A DNA stretch of 64,000 nucleotides from Lama glama (lineage: Eukaryota). The stretch covers positions 83,392,001-83,456,000 of the forward strand of contig CM052816.1 of NCBI GenBank assembly GCA_028534125.1, in the 5' to 3' direction. Under the pieces are notes generated by a model, which was not told the origin of the DNA, made no database searches, and was given only the letters and a program-made list of their open reading frames with translations. The translations under genes were made by a program, and so were the position numbers. The first letter of the stretch is position 1, and each line of letters starts with the position of its first letter. Of the stretch, positions 12,735 through 25,779 are shown piece after piece.

Positions 12735-14155
12735 CTGATAAATTTAGCTCAGTGGGATTATCTTGGAATATCATCTATATTAATGCTTAGCCTCTAATTT
12801 TACTTTTACATAATGTTCCAAATACAAGTGAGATTAAAGCTCTGTGGCTTATGTGACCTTCCATTTTGAAGGGAGAAGGCAGGACCCCTGAGATCCCAGC
12901 TGTAACCGCTAAATTCTCCCTGCTTTCATATGAGGATCTGTGCTTGTCCCTTGATTGGGGAGCTTTTTGGTATAACTAATTCCACCTGGCTTAAGCTGTG
13001 CAACGCTACCACCAAAACCTATAGCTCACTGCACTGAAGACTTCATTGCTAGTGACTGTTCGATTCCAATATTTTAGCTTTTGCCATTCATTGGGGCTCT
13101 GGTATTTGTCCACAAGCAGGAATTAAAGAAAATGCTAGATTCACTAAACAATGTACAGGTCAAATGGTACAACTGTGCTGCTTCAAGGTCAACAGGCTAT
13201 CATTTCCTTTGCCGAACATTACCGTCTCTCTACAATGAATCCGCCCTCCTGGATGCTCTGTTACTCAGGCTCCTGATACGCAGCTTCAGGTTTCTCTACT
13301 TGTTTGAGGCCTCTCCTAAAACTCCAAATCCCACCTTGCACTTTCATTTTGAGGTAGCAGAAGTATGAGAAACGACCTCTCATAGTTCACTCTGTCTCCT
13401 TCAGTTTCTCCAGGTCAGAAAGGACAGTCATCTTTCTTGTTTTTCTTCTTGCTGTATCCTCCTTCCACCTTATGGCAACAAACATATTGAAGGGTTATTG
13501 GAAATATTATGTAAGGGGCATTGAAAAATTCTGCATTATGTATGAAACTCTATGATCTCAGTTTCTCTATGGTATAATTTTTACTAGGGGGGTCAATGTA
13601 CAATTTTTAACTAAGGATAGCAAAAGATGAAATATTTCTTTAATAACCCAAAATATTCACCCTTGCAATATGAATGTCAAGTAGCTTTTTCTGCCATTTC
13701 AAAGCAATTCAATCTTTACTCGCTCACCACTATTCTACTAATATTTAAATATTTGAAGACATGTATACTTTCCTGAAGAAGCAATGATTTCCTGAGTTAA
13801 TACACCACAACATGTTGCTCATTATCATTTAGTAACTGCAATTTCCTGCAAGTATACTTACATAAAATTGTACTTAAAAAAATGGAAATCATATGCCTCT
13901 TCCTTCTTTAAAAAGGATTCAAAATTTTATTACAAGATGTATACCATAAAAGTGTTGTTTTAAAAAAAAGGTTCTATGTATTGGTACAATATTTATGCCT
14001 CTTAAATTTGGAATGAAATGACTTGCTTTATAGCAGTCATGACATTTTCCATTAGTAAACATTACACTTTCTGCCACCATGATGAGTTTCAATGGCTTAA
14101 AGGAATGGCTGACTCGTAAGTATCCCCCTTTTTTCATATCTTAGAAAAATAAGAG

Positions 14156-14592
14156 TAATCCATTTGCAGCAACATGGATGGACCTGCAGACCATCATTCT
14201 AACTGAAGTAAGACAGAAAGAGAAAGAAAAATACCATATACTGTCACACATATGGGGAGTCTTAAAAAAAAAAAGGACACTCTGAACTCATCTACAAAAC
14301 AGAAATAGACACAAAGACATAGTACACATCTCATGTTTACCAGGGAAAGGAGGTGGGAAGGGATAAATTTGGGAGTTTGAGATTTACAAATGTTAGCCAG
14401 TATATATAAAAACAGATTTTAAAAAAAGTTGCTTCAGTATAGCACAGGGAACTATGTTCACTATCTTGTAATAATCTTTAATGAAAAAGAATATGAAAAG
14501 GAATATATGCATGTATATGCATGACTGGGACATTGTGCTGTACACCAGAAACTGACACATTGTAACTGTACTTCAAGTAAAAAAAAAAAAAA
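14156..14592 (+). mobile_element. Relatively young 5'-truncated camelid-type L1 (ORF2 end, 3'UTR, polyA)
   Basis: ccatttgcagcaacatggatggacct...gtatagcacagggaactat...tgtgctgtacaccagaaactgacacattgtaactg then an A14 run. Confidence 0.92.
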
Positions 14593-15439
14593 GTAGGCCT
14601 TGAGCTGGAGGTACAACTCTAAAGCAAAACCATGTGATAATATCTTTTACCTACAATAGCAATTGAGCATTCACTATTTTAAGCTAAAGCTTTAATTTTT
14701 ACTGTATATTTATGTCTCAATCTTTAGAAGTATAAACTTCTTGTTTATGAAATTATAAACCAAAGTTTATAATTACTTATGTTTTTTGTTTTTTTAATTT
14801 AAATGTGAAACTAGGATCTTATAAATTTTAGTTTTCTAGACATTTTTCTTATTATATCTATTGGTGAGTAATTTTAAATATCTAAGGCTTTTTATTTTAA
14901 AATGATATATTGATTTAGGAATGCCTGGGTTACATTTGAGACAAATGGACAAACTTTGGCCAGATAAATAAAGATCAAAAAAGAGAATATACAAATGAAC
15001 TGTAATAGGAATAAGATATAAATAAAAATACAAAAGTATTAAATACTAGATGCTAAAATTGAATATTTGTATGCTAATAGTTTTGAAAACTTATTAAGTG
15101 GATAAATTCCCTGAATAATTTGACTAAGATGTAATTTAAATGGAATTTAACTGCAGAGAATCCGAATCAGTAACTGCTAATTTTTCTACACAATAATTCA
15201 GTAAATTTAAGAATTTTTCTTGGTCTATAGATATTAGAAATGAAATAATAGACCAAAGTGGAAAATATTTTCCACAAATATAACTCACAAAGACTTACTA
15301 TCCTGAGAGAATATTCATGATACGTGAGTGAGTGAGTAAATGTGTGTGCGCATGTGTATAAGAAAAAGACCACTAGCAAAACTTTAAAATGGTAAAAATA
15401 TATAAATAAAGATTTCCTAGATGAAACATGAATAATAAA

Positions 15440-15925
15440 AGGACATTAGAGAGAAATGTGAATCCAAACCACAGTGACCAATCTGGTAAACATTCCAAAG
15501 TTGGATAAACCAAATCCTGGCAAAGATACGGAGCAAAGGGCATCTTCAATTAACTGCCTACAACTGCTTATCTTATTGAAAATTGGTGCAGCAAGTTTGG
15601 AAGATACCTTGGCCGTACTTGACAAAATGGGCATGTGCATATTTGAGGACCCAGCAATCCCACTACTTTATATACCCTTGAGACAGTATTGCACATGTGC
15701 TTCTGCAGACATGAAATCAGAGTTTTCCTAGCAGCCCTGTTCATAATAGTAAAACACTGGAAACCACCCAAATGTCCATCAACAGTGGAACAAACTGTAG
15801 CTTCATGTATCAAATTGGATGAATCTCAAAAGCGTAACATTACCTGAAAATAGCAAGCTCCAAAAGAATATACAATAATTTCATTAACAGAAATTGAAAA
15901 TGCAATAAAAACTAAATAATTGTGC

Positions 15926-15963
<38 letters not shown>

Positions 15964-16170
15964 TAGATGGATAGTAAAACTCTAAAGAAACAGATTTAAC
16001 GACACATAATTTGGAATAAGTGGTTATTACTCCTGGGTGAATGAAGTTGACAGGGAACAAACAGGGCTTTTAAAGTATTAAGCTGACTTCTGAATATATT
16101 GTTTGGTTTACAATGATGATTTAATTGTACATCTCTGTATATTTCATGATTTACAAAAATAAAAAGAATA
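15440..16170 (+). mobile_element. Old L1M (L1ME/MC-like) 3' fragment containing a (TG)n at about 15922-15959
   Basis: gacccagcaatcccact...gcagccctgttcataatagtaaaacactggaaaccacccaaatgtccatcaacag...tggatgaatctcaaaa. Confidence 0.8.
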
Positions 16171-16224
16171 CAATGCTAATAATACATTATGTGCACAAAC
16201 ACCAGAGACACAGCCCATTAAAAG

Positions 16225-16400
16225 GGCAGAGAGTTTGGAATTAGAGAAAACCAGAGCTGAACAGCTGTTACACCACTTACTAGGTTTGTGACCTAGATAT
16301 TTTTAAAAAGGGAGATAATAATATCCATTTCATAGGGCTGCCACAAGAACGAAATGAAATAATGAATGCAGAATGCCTGGCACATAGATGCTCAAATTGA
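16225..16400 (+). mobile_element. MIR SINE
   Basis: ccacttactaggtttgtgacct...aaaagggagataata..catagggctg...gaatgcctggcacatagatgctcaa. Confidence 0.7.
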
Positions 16401-17989
16401 GACTCAGCAAGAAGGAAATTAACTCTCCTTTACTGACAGCAGTTACAACAGAAGAAAAGTATGTGTTCGCTGCAGCAACTACACTGTGAATTGTCAAACT
16501 GTGAGTGAAAAATGCAATGGAGTAACAGCTTCCAATAAATACTGTGAGGAAGCTGAGTTTCGTCCTACTCAGGCATGCATATACATAGGCAGAGGGGAGG
16601 AGTGACAGAAGTGGCTCTCTTTTCAGGAGACTCTTTCACCCTTAGATGATCTGTCATTGTATGCAGAACACACTGGCAGATTTATCCCCACGATTCAGGT
16701 TGCTCAGTAATGGTTCAGCTGAAAGCATTTCAGGAGTGCCATAAAGTGGGAACTCATAAATGACGGAGTCTATTATTGGGTGACAAGCTCCAGCCCGGTG
16801 ACTTTGTTTGTGACTTTGTATAGACTCTGCAGAAATGCTTTCACTGTCATGAGCTTCAGGAGGAAAGGAAAATGCACTGACAACACTGGTCAGCACATTT
16901 AATGGTCTGATACTGTTAAAAAAAAAAAAAAACCCTCGTACAGACTGAAAGCTAAATGATTTAAAGTAATTGCCATGACACAGAGCAGTTACATTTACTG
17001 ATGCAGCTTGTAAGTGTGATGAGATCTAGGTGTGCTTTATAGTTTCCTTAATATTATAAGGAATATTGTTTCCATATTCTAAATAAAGCCACTGAATTTT
17101 CACCCTGCTTTTATTTTATATTATGATTAGAATGATGATTAATGGTGGGCTTCTCTATAATTAAATGATTGGTCAGCAGAAAAATATGTGTCAACAGTTT
17201 ATACGTGTGACTAACACTGCCTGTAAAATTGCTTTAAGGCGGGGGGGAGTAAGTCGGCACTTGGACTTATGTCATTGTGCCTCATGCAATCTACCCTTCA
17301 GTGGTCAATCATAATGGGACCTTTTTACTTCAGAAGTTACTCTGTTTACATTTTGAATCATTAATTTTTTAATGTTGGAGAAATAATAATGCTGATGTCT
17401 ATCCAATTACTAGATTACAGGAAGCAACAGAATCTTTAGAAACTATCTATATATACTTTAATTCTGTTCCTGTTATTATTTCAAAGGATTCCTCTTTGAT
17501 GTTAACTTCAAATGATATAGATGACATCCTTTGTCTCCTGTTTTCTGTGATATGCAAGCAAAGATCTCCATCATCACTTGAAATAACTGAGAAATTAATT
17601 TTAAATATTATTTCATACTTTTTCAATAAATATATAATTATTTTACTTTTTTTCTATCAAAGTGTTAATTAATCAGTTTAGGTAAAAGCTGGAGTCAAAA
17701 CCATAGGTCCAAATATCTGTAAATTATTAGTGATTTGCCTTGATAACCTGGAAATAATGATCACCTTTTATAGAGGCATTTTATATATATATATTAAATC
17801 ACACTTAAATGATGAGGCATAAATACAAAAGCACAGAAAAAAACTAATTGTGGGGAAATTTAAAGGAATTGGATAAAAAAGCATTTCCTAGGATTAACGC
17901 TGGATATAGCTCTACTTTATTGCTCTTTCAATTTTGTCACATTCAGATCTAAATAAGATAAGGAGATTTTGAATTAGGTATCTCAGTAA

Positions 17990-20360
17990 ATTGAAAAACT
18001 TCAAAAAAAAGAGTAACCCACAGCTCATTAAAAGTGATGAAAAAGGACAGAAGTTTTATATGGTCCTATAACCAATGAAGAAATTGAATATCATTAAATT
18101 TCCTTAAGAAGACCAATGCATTTCTCTGGTGAATTCTTTGAAACTTTACAGTGAAGAAAACAACATGAATCTTATAAAAATTCTGCCAAGATTAGACAAA
18201 AGAAGAAATACTCTTTAAACTCAGGTCAATCTCTCATTTTTATGGCTATGCCTAAATCTTAAATAAAATGTTTTGAATAATATATACAAACAACAATTCA
18301 TTATGAATACATTGAATTTGGTCCATGAATGAATGGTCCTTTGAAATTTGAAATTCAAAACTTTGTCAGTATAATTGCATCATGACTGAATCAGGAGAAA
18401 ACATATGTGATCATAACATTAAACACCAATGAAAGCATCAGGTAAAACTTATTTACCAATCTAAATTAAAAAAAAAAAACAAACTAGTAACAGGAGAATT
18501 TCCATAACCTGATAAAGCACATTTACAAAATCCAGCAACAATATCACGATAATACTGAAAAAAATCTTTTAAGTTTTCTCTCTGAATAAAGGAAGAAAAC
18601 AAAGGAGGCTGTTACCACAATCTCTAGTAGACTTATTTTTTAGAACTCATGGAATAAAGCAAAAATGGGTAATTATAAAACTATTATTCAGAAATATAAT
18701 ATTGATACAATATTCAGATAAGCTACAGATATGCCATTCGATTTATAAAATGAACTTATTAAGTTTCCTGAATATGAGAGTAATTTGCAAGAATTGACTG
18801 AGTATCTGTACACCAGATATGAACCATACCGAGAGAAAATTATATCACTGACAGTAAAACCAAGAAGCATGAAATATATTCATATTAAACGTACAAGTCC
18901 TCTGCACTGAAGACTATAAACTTACTGATATACATTGGAAAAGACCTAAGTAAATGGAGGACGATATCTTATTTCCACGATCAATGATCCAATATTGAAT
19001 AACATTCAATAACAATAACATTCAATAAATGTTATTCTGCTCAGATTGTTCTAAACGTGCAGCACAATCACAAGCAAAATGATAACTGTGCTCTTTTTGT
19101 AGATATTGTAAAATATATAGTAAAATATTAAGTATAAGTAATGCAAAAGCAATTAATTATAAAGAATTAAAGAGTTGGTAGATTATTCTAATGACTATCA
19201 CATGTTTTGGAAAATAAGTTAGGAAGATATGTTTTGAATTAAGGAAGCCAAAAAAAAAAAATCAATGGTACAATGGTACAGAAACACACTCACATGTATA
19301 TGAACCCTTGATATATGACAATAGGGAGAGGATGATCTATTCAATAAATAGTGTTTTGTCAATTTGTTAAACATGCACACACACACACACACACATACAC
19401 ATATATATTATATAATAATGTTAGTTAATATAATACTGTATATATGTATTAAAGTAAACATTCAAGTCACAAACTGAGAAACAGTATTTGCACACATAAC
19501 TGCCAAAAGCTCATTTCCAGAAAAAAATACATAAAGTCTTACAAATCAATAAGCAAATAAAGAATCCCATAAGCAGTGGATAAAATGGTTGATGAGGCAT
19601 TAAATAGAAAGGACATCCAAATGGCCAATTACTGTATGAAAATGTGCCCATTAATCACGAGGGCAATACCAGACATAGTCACTGTGAAGAAAAATAAATA
19701 AATAAACAGGATAACTACACACCCACCAGGTTGCTAAAATAAACAGGATTGACAATAACTCATATCACTGATGGAGCTGCAATGTGGTAGGTAAAAACGG
19801 AAAACTGGCACTATCTATTGTTGATACCCATGAATGTACGATTCTCCTCTATTGTACCAAACAAATGCATACACATGCTCATCAAGAGACAAAACAAGAA
19901 AAGCACATGGAAGTTTATCAACACTTGCTGTAAACTAGAAAAAAAAAAACCCAAATATCTATCAACAATATAATGAAGAAATCAATTGTAATATATTCCT
20001 GTAACATGAAATTATAAATCAATATAAATGAATGAACTATTGCTACAAGCAATCCCTGATGAATATTAACACAAAATTGGGCTAAAGAAGACATTCACAT
20101 ACTCACATGCACGCACATACATACACAACAGCTTCCCCGCCATACACACACACACACACACACACACACAGATCAAATACAACCAGACAAAACTTTCTAA
20201 GCTATTAGAAATAAAGATAACGGTTATTTGGAGGGAGGAGTGGGAGAAATATCTTGAGGTACTGTTCTATCACCCGTGTAGATGTTCTTCACTACGTGGA
20301 AATTAATTGAACTATATACTTATAATTTGTGCATTTTTGTATATAAATTTAAGATATTTT
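17990..20360 (+). mobile_element. Old L1M (L1ME-like) ORF2/3'UTR remnant with internal deletions and (CA)n tracts
   Basis: aatgaagaaattgaa..tggtgaattct; ggagaatttccataacctgataaag; ctgcactgaagaactataaa; tacaaatcaataag; actacacacccaccag; gaactatatactta..atttgtgcatttt. Confidence 0.7.
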
Positions 20361-20639
20361 AACATCATGGTATATAGAAGCGGTATATATTGTGAACGAG
20401 TACTTTTTTTTCTAATTTAGAATGATTATACATTCCCTAGAGATAAAGGTAAAGCTAGCCAAGAGGCTTTGCACACATATCAGGAAATGCTATTGGTGCA
20501 GATGTATCCAGGAATATCTATTGTTTATCTAACGGAGTCTGTGTCGGTTTTCACACTGAAAAATCATTACTATCATCCTTAAAATTCAGTTTGAGCTGGA
20601 AATTTCCAAAGCAAGCTTTGAAATACAAAATTGTTATTT

Positions 20640-21000
20640 TTAAAAGAATTTAATCGTATATTTCAAATATGCATAAAAGTACATAAAATGATATAGCACC
20701 ACTTATCTAGAATTATCAGGTATGAATACTTTACAATAGTTGCTACAAGTGTTTTTTGTTTAGAAATAAATATGAAAGGTGCTCAAGGCTCATATGACAA
20801 GCTTTTCTTTCTTTAACCAGTGAAAAAGTTACTGTTCTAATTTTGGTATTTATCTTTCCTTTGCTAACTCAACATTCATTTTTACAGTTGTTCATTTTCA
20901 AAGTAGCTCTCATTGTTTTTATTGTATGAATACAACAAAATATAATAGTGCATTCCCTTATTAATGGATGGTAAACTTATTTTCACTTTTTTTAGGGCTA
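20640..21000 (-). mobile_element. L1ME-like 3'UTR fragment
   Basis: tttcaaatatgcataaaagta...attgtatgaatac...cattcccttattaatgga. Confidence 0.45.
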
Positions 21001-21432
21001 TATATATAACCTATAAACAACTTTAGAAATCACCCAGTACCTAACAATTAAAACGGTAACATAAATGCTGGGAAATGAAGGCAAACTCTTCGGTCTTTTT
21101 AAAAATATCAAAGTCAATATAATAATTGATATAAAATTATCACCTGATTTCTAATTATCAGAAATCAGAATGCTGTGATAAGAAAATGTATTCATATATG
21201 TTTCAAATTATTGTAAATTATATGTCCGTCTAGCGTATGGTAATGGATTCTAAGATATACACTATCAAGGAATAAACCTATCTACCTTTCTCTTTTATTT
21301 CTTGCTTATTTCACATTTATCTGGGAGAATCTGGATCAGTTTACTCTTTAGTATCATTCTCAATCTTATATTTTAAGATACCTTCCCAATAAAGTGAAAA
21401 GTTTTCATTTCTCACAGAAAGTAGCATGGCTT

Positions 21433-22012
21433 TGAAAGTGATTAATGTTTACTCTCATTAACCTCAGGAAGCAGCGTAGCCAGTTACTTTACTGGGAAAA
21501 TGGGTGTAAGTGGGAATAGCAGAGAACTGCAATTCGGTGCAGGCAAGCTATGCTTGAATCATTGGCGAGTCTGAAGAGACAAAGGGAGGGTCAACTTTCA
21601 TTAGCTTTTAGGAGGAAATTGGGGAGGGCTGTTTCGAATTAAAGGTCATCGGGGAAGAACGGGGGTTGGAGGTTGTGGCAGTTTCTGACGGGTTGCTAGT
21701 TAGTGCATTGTTATTGGGCAGGGAAGGATCTTCTTTCCCTTTCTTAAAAGCAGGAAATAAAATTCCCAGGTTAAAAAAAAAATGTCCTCCTTTGTACCAG
21801 AGGAAAAGTAACATTCTTATCATCATGGATAAGAACTTGAAACCTTGAGAATGTCATACAAAGAATTCTATACAAAGATATCTTGTTAAAATCACTTATC
21901 TTCCTTCTTCCTGCTGGTTATGCAGGCTGCAAAGAGTGGTGCGTGCACGAGAGCGCTTCCTTCAGAACTTCCTGATACCGTTTTCAATGAGGTTTTTTTT
22001 TTTATTTTCACA
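21433..22012 (-). mobile_element. ERV1-class solo LTR (about 580 bp)
   Basis: Bounded by TGAAAG (21433) and TTTTCACA (22012); flanks GCTT and TCTT (3/4 TSD match); GC-richer than the surroundings; tgggaatagcagagaactgcaatt antisense U5-like motif. Confidence 0.75.
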
Positions 22013-22986
22013 TCTTATATAATTTAGTATAGTATAGAATAGATTAAAATATTAGAATAGAAGAAATGCAAAATAAAGCATCCTTTTTCTTGGTTTTGTT
22101 TTCATTTTCATCAGGTCTATTTCAGACTGTTTCTAGTCTAGCTTTTATTCAAGACAAAATAAGCTTTAGATAATACCATTGACATACTACATATTTGTTT
22201 TCTTCTTAAAATTAGAAAAAGAACATATTTTACTTAAACATTCCACCTATAAAATAAAAAGGATTTTCAACTGAGTCTAAGATTTTTGCTTTAACTTTGT
22301 TTTTATTTAAAGACCTGCTATAATTCTGTGAGAGAACTATAAAAGTCTGCTCAGAAACATTATAATGTAAAATGGACAGAGAAGGACAATGAGATATTTA
22401 ATTTACCACGGCAGAGCCATTGCTGTGAAGAATGGATAATATATATCAATGGTAATATATGGAGAAATAACACAGGTGAATAGCACAGACAATAAATCTG
22501 TTTTTACCACAGCACCTGTCTAAGGCATTCCTTTTAGTAATAAATAAAATAATTTTAGGTTACATGGAGCTAGCTTGAAAAATCTCTTGTTTATGGCAAC
22601 ATACATCAGTTATGATTCAAACCATATAGCCCATCCCAAAAACCTGTAACAAAGAGATAAATCCTCAGCTGAATATTTAGATCACTATTCATTACAAAGG
22701 GTCATTTTTTGTCTTTATAGAGTCTCATTATTGGAAGCCATGTGTTTGATCTAATCTTCTACTCTATACAGACAATATTGTAGAGATTAGCAAGTGTCTC
22801 CCTACCCATATAGATCTCCTCATTTCTACAGCTTGAAGTTTTCAGTGTGCTGAAAATTAAGAAAACAAGCAAACGGAAAATGACACATAATCTATTTTTT
22901 GGTCCTGTTTCATTCTTCAGTAATAGAAATAGAGCATAGCAAAAAGTTGGAAAAGGGAACTTTTCTGAGCTGTTCTGTTTCACAAG

Positions 22987-23057
22987 CACGCACGTACACA
23001 CACATACACACACACTCCAATCTCTGTCTCTTCCTTCTCGCTCTCTCTCTCTCTCTC
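22987..23057. repeat. Compound (CA)n/(CT)n microsatellite
   Basis: Direct inspection. Confidence 0.85.
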
Positions 23058-25779
23058 ATCAGTATTAAATGATAAGCTGCTCAGGACATTTCGAAGCAGG
23101 AAAGGCACTTTGTAGCCACCGCGTACTTACTGACGTATACATTACACAAAACGTAGAAGGAGCACTTTGACCTCATGCTCCTGGGTGATTCTATATTCAA
23201 AGTGCTTTTCCTTAGGTACTTATTTTCATCCTCTTTAGTTACACATTTCTAACATTCATTAAGAGGCCTTTGTAATATTCTGTCATTTGTCACGTGTTTC
23301 TTGCCCAAAACAAAGATATGCAGTATTCTTTAACTGCACAAATACTTAAATATACAGCAATGCTATTATTAGATTTGCTCTCTTTCAAAGTTAAGCTCTA
23401 ATATAGGTTCACAAAACTACTCATAAGAGTAAGAATTAACTCTGTTCTAATGAATCATATAATCTACTATGGAGAAATAGAAAAGTAAACAACTTTTTAA
23501 ACAAAATTACAACTTTAGGTAGCAAAAGCAATTCAGAAGAAAAAAGTATGTTGGAGGTCATTTCCACTTTTTGACAGTTAATTACTGATATATGTATGTA
23601 ATTTATAAATTAGTACTATTATCCATCTTAGTGAACTTAAAGCTTATCAGTGGAGGTCTGCACAACTGGCTCCCCGTATATAACTAATATTCTCAGAGTT
23701 TCTTCACAAACACAATGTTCATATGCAAATAAAACGTTTTAGTGAACTATGACTATTCCTTGTATATTCATATTCCCACAACACATACAGATCCCCAATT
23801 TATTAAGGTTTTACTGAAAAACTTGGAATAGATTATGGAGGGACTAGGGTTATTGTTTGGTTATGTATAAATCCACTGTATAGCTGGCATTTATTTTCTA
23901 CCTTCTGCTATGGGCAATGATAATTTGCTTTGGTAAAAAAAATAAATCAAATCAATTAATCTTGAACCTTTGAAAAGTTTTTCTCAACACAAGGGCTGCA
24001 TATGGCTTAGAATGAATACATGTGTATATAATATATATACACATATATTTCCATTTATTAATGAGTTTCCTGCATATTTCATATTGGCATTCTATTTCAA
24101 TAATATTCTACAAAGCCTTTCCTTAGATGAATTATTATACTGAATTTGAATATTACCTGCAATTATGATAGTTTATTCTCACTTTTTAAAATTTCAACTC
24201 AATGTTATTAGGCTTTTATGGTTCTGTATTTTTATTTTACAATAGTTATTTGGTGCTCTCATATATTAAAATTTTAAAGTATGTTTTTAGCAGACTATCT
24301 TTCAATGAATTAAGTTTATTGCTTTCCATATGAATTCTTGCTTGAACTGTGAACTCACCAAAAGGGCTTCTCATATTCAACAGAGAAACTAAAAACAAAT
24401 AAAAATCATATATACACAAAAAGTAAGCACAAGAGGCATTATGTCACCAACATATATAATTCCATGCCCTTCTCAAGTAAGGAGCAGTAGACAGAACAGG
24501 GATACAGGGGATATAGAAATCTTAGTCACTCAATTGACTTTATTTTTTAGTGATACAAAATTTGAATTATTCAAGCTGAAGCTATTAAATATTCATAGTG
24601 CTTCATATTATAAAGTTATTGATTAATGTCTTTGGTAAAGAACACTATTATCTTTGATTGCATCAAGGTCATCCCAAGGAACAGGACCAAGGCACAAAGT
24701 TTTATATATGGAAATATGAGGAGCTAATACATAATTCATATTTAACAGATAACATAAAGGTTAACCCCTTGGAGAATCTGAAGATAATACTCAAGTTCTT
24801 CTGACAATTCTTTATACTGGCAATTTGGAAAATGCCAGTGTTTTATTACTACCTATTCTTGTACTATGACATGAATTAATGCATACCTGCCTCACTATTC
24901 CTATGGGCAAAAAAAAACGAATTTGAATTATGTACAAGAGAGAGATTTTATAAAATTAAAGGAGCCAAAATACTTTTCCTATGTATACTCATTAGAAATA
25001 CTCTGAAAGCAGTCCTTTTCAGTTTTAGAGAAAGTTGGTCCTTCCTTGTAACATTATACCAGATATCTGTTAAACATTTTATGACCATTGAAAGAATCAA
25101 GGTATCTGGAGTCAAATCGCATTTTGGAATTATATACATACTAAGCGTAAGTGAAGTATTTCAACTTTAACTTGATCTAAGCATGTATTCTGAAGTTTTC
25201 AAAAAAATCAGACACTTTAATTCCAGTAACTTTAAAAGGCTTGTCCAAGGTTTCTACAGTGTACATATCGGCTGTCTCATGAAAAATGTTACTTAAACTC
25301 TCAATGTCATGATTTTTCTCATATATACAAATGAAAACAATGTCAACCCTGGAAGATTTGCTGGGAGAATGAGATAATGCAAGTAAAAGCATTTGGCACA
25401 TTTTATCACTTTATAAATATCAGCTACCCTTTTTGTGGAAAGAATAAATCTAAGGTCTTGGCTTCCAGAATTCTTTTCTATTTCTCTTTCCACTTCATTG
25501 CCCTATCACATTTAAGTCAATGAATCTGTCAATGAGACTGAACTGTGGATAGATAACTGTCTCCCAAACCCATATGTTGTTTTCTCTGTCCATTGTACCA
25601 TCTCAAAACAGTAGAAGAGATCTCTGGGTACAGAATGGGAGCTATTTCTTATTTTCTTGAGACATATTTTTATTGACATTCCTGTATGATTTTAAATTAT
25701 GACTTAATTTTAAATAATAAATTGACAAGATTGCTCCATCCCCAAATCATGGAATTCTTTTTCTCCCATACCTCAGAAC

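Noticed and set aside
18995..19030. Short tandem duplications (also near 19262, 37130 and 45437)
   Set aside because: Ordinary slippage duplications inside old repeats; no spacer-array structure.
22340..22420. TATA-like CTATAAAAG with a downstream ATG
   Set aside because: Common by chance in AT-rich DNA, with no supporting ORF or exon structure.
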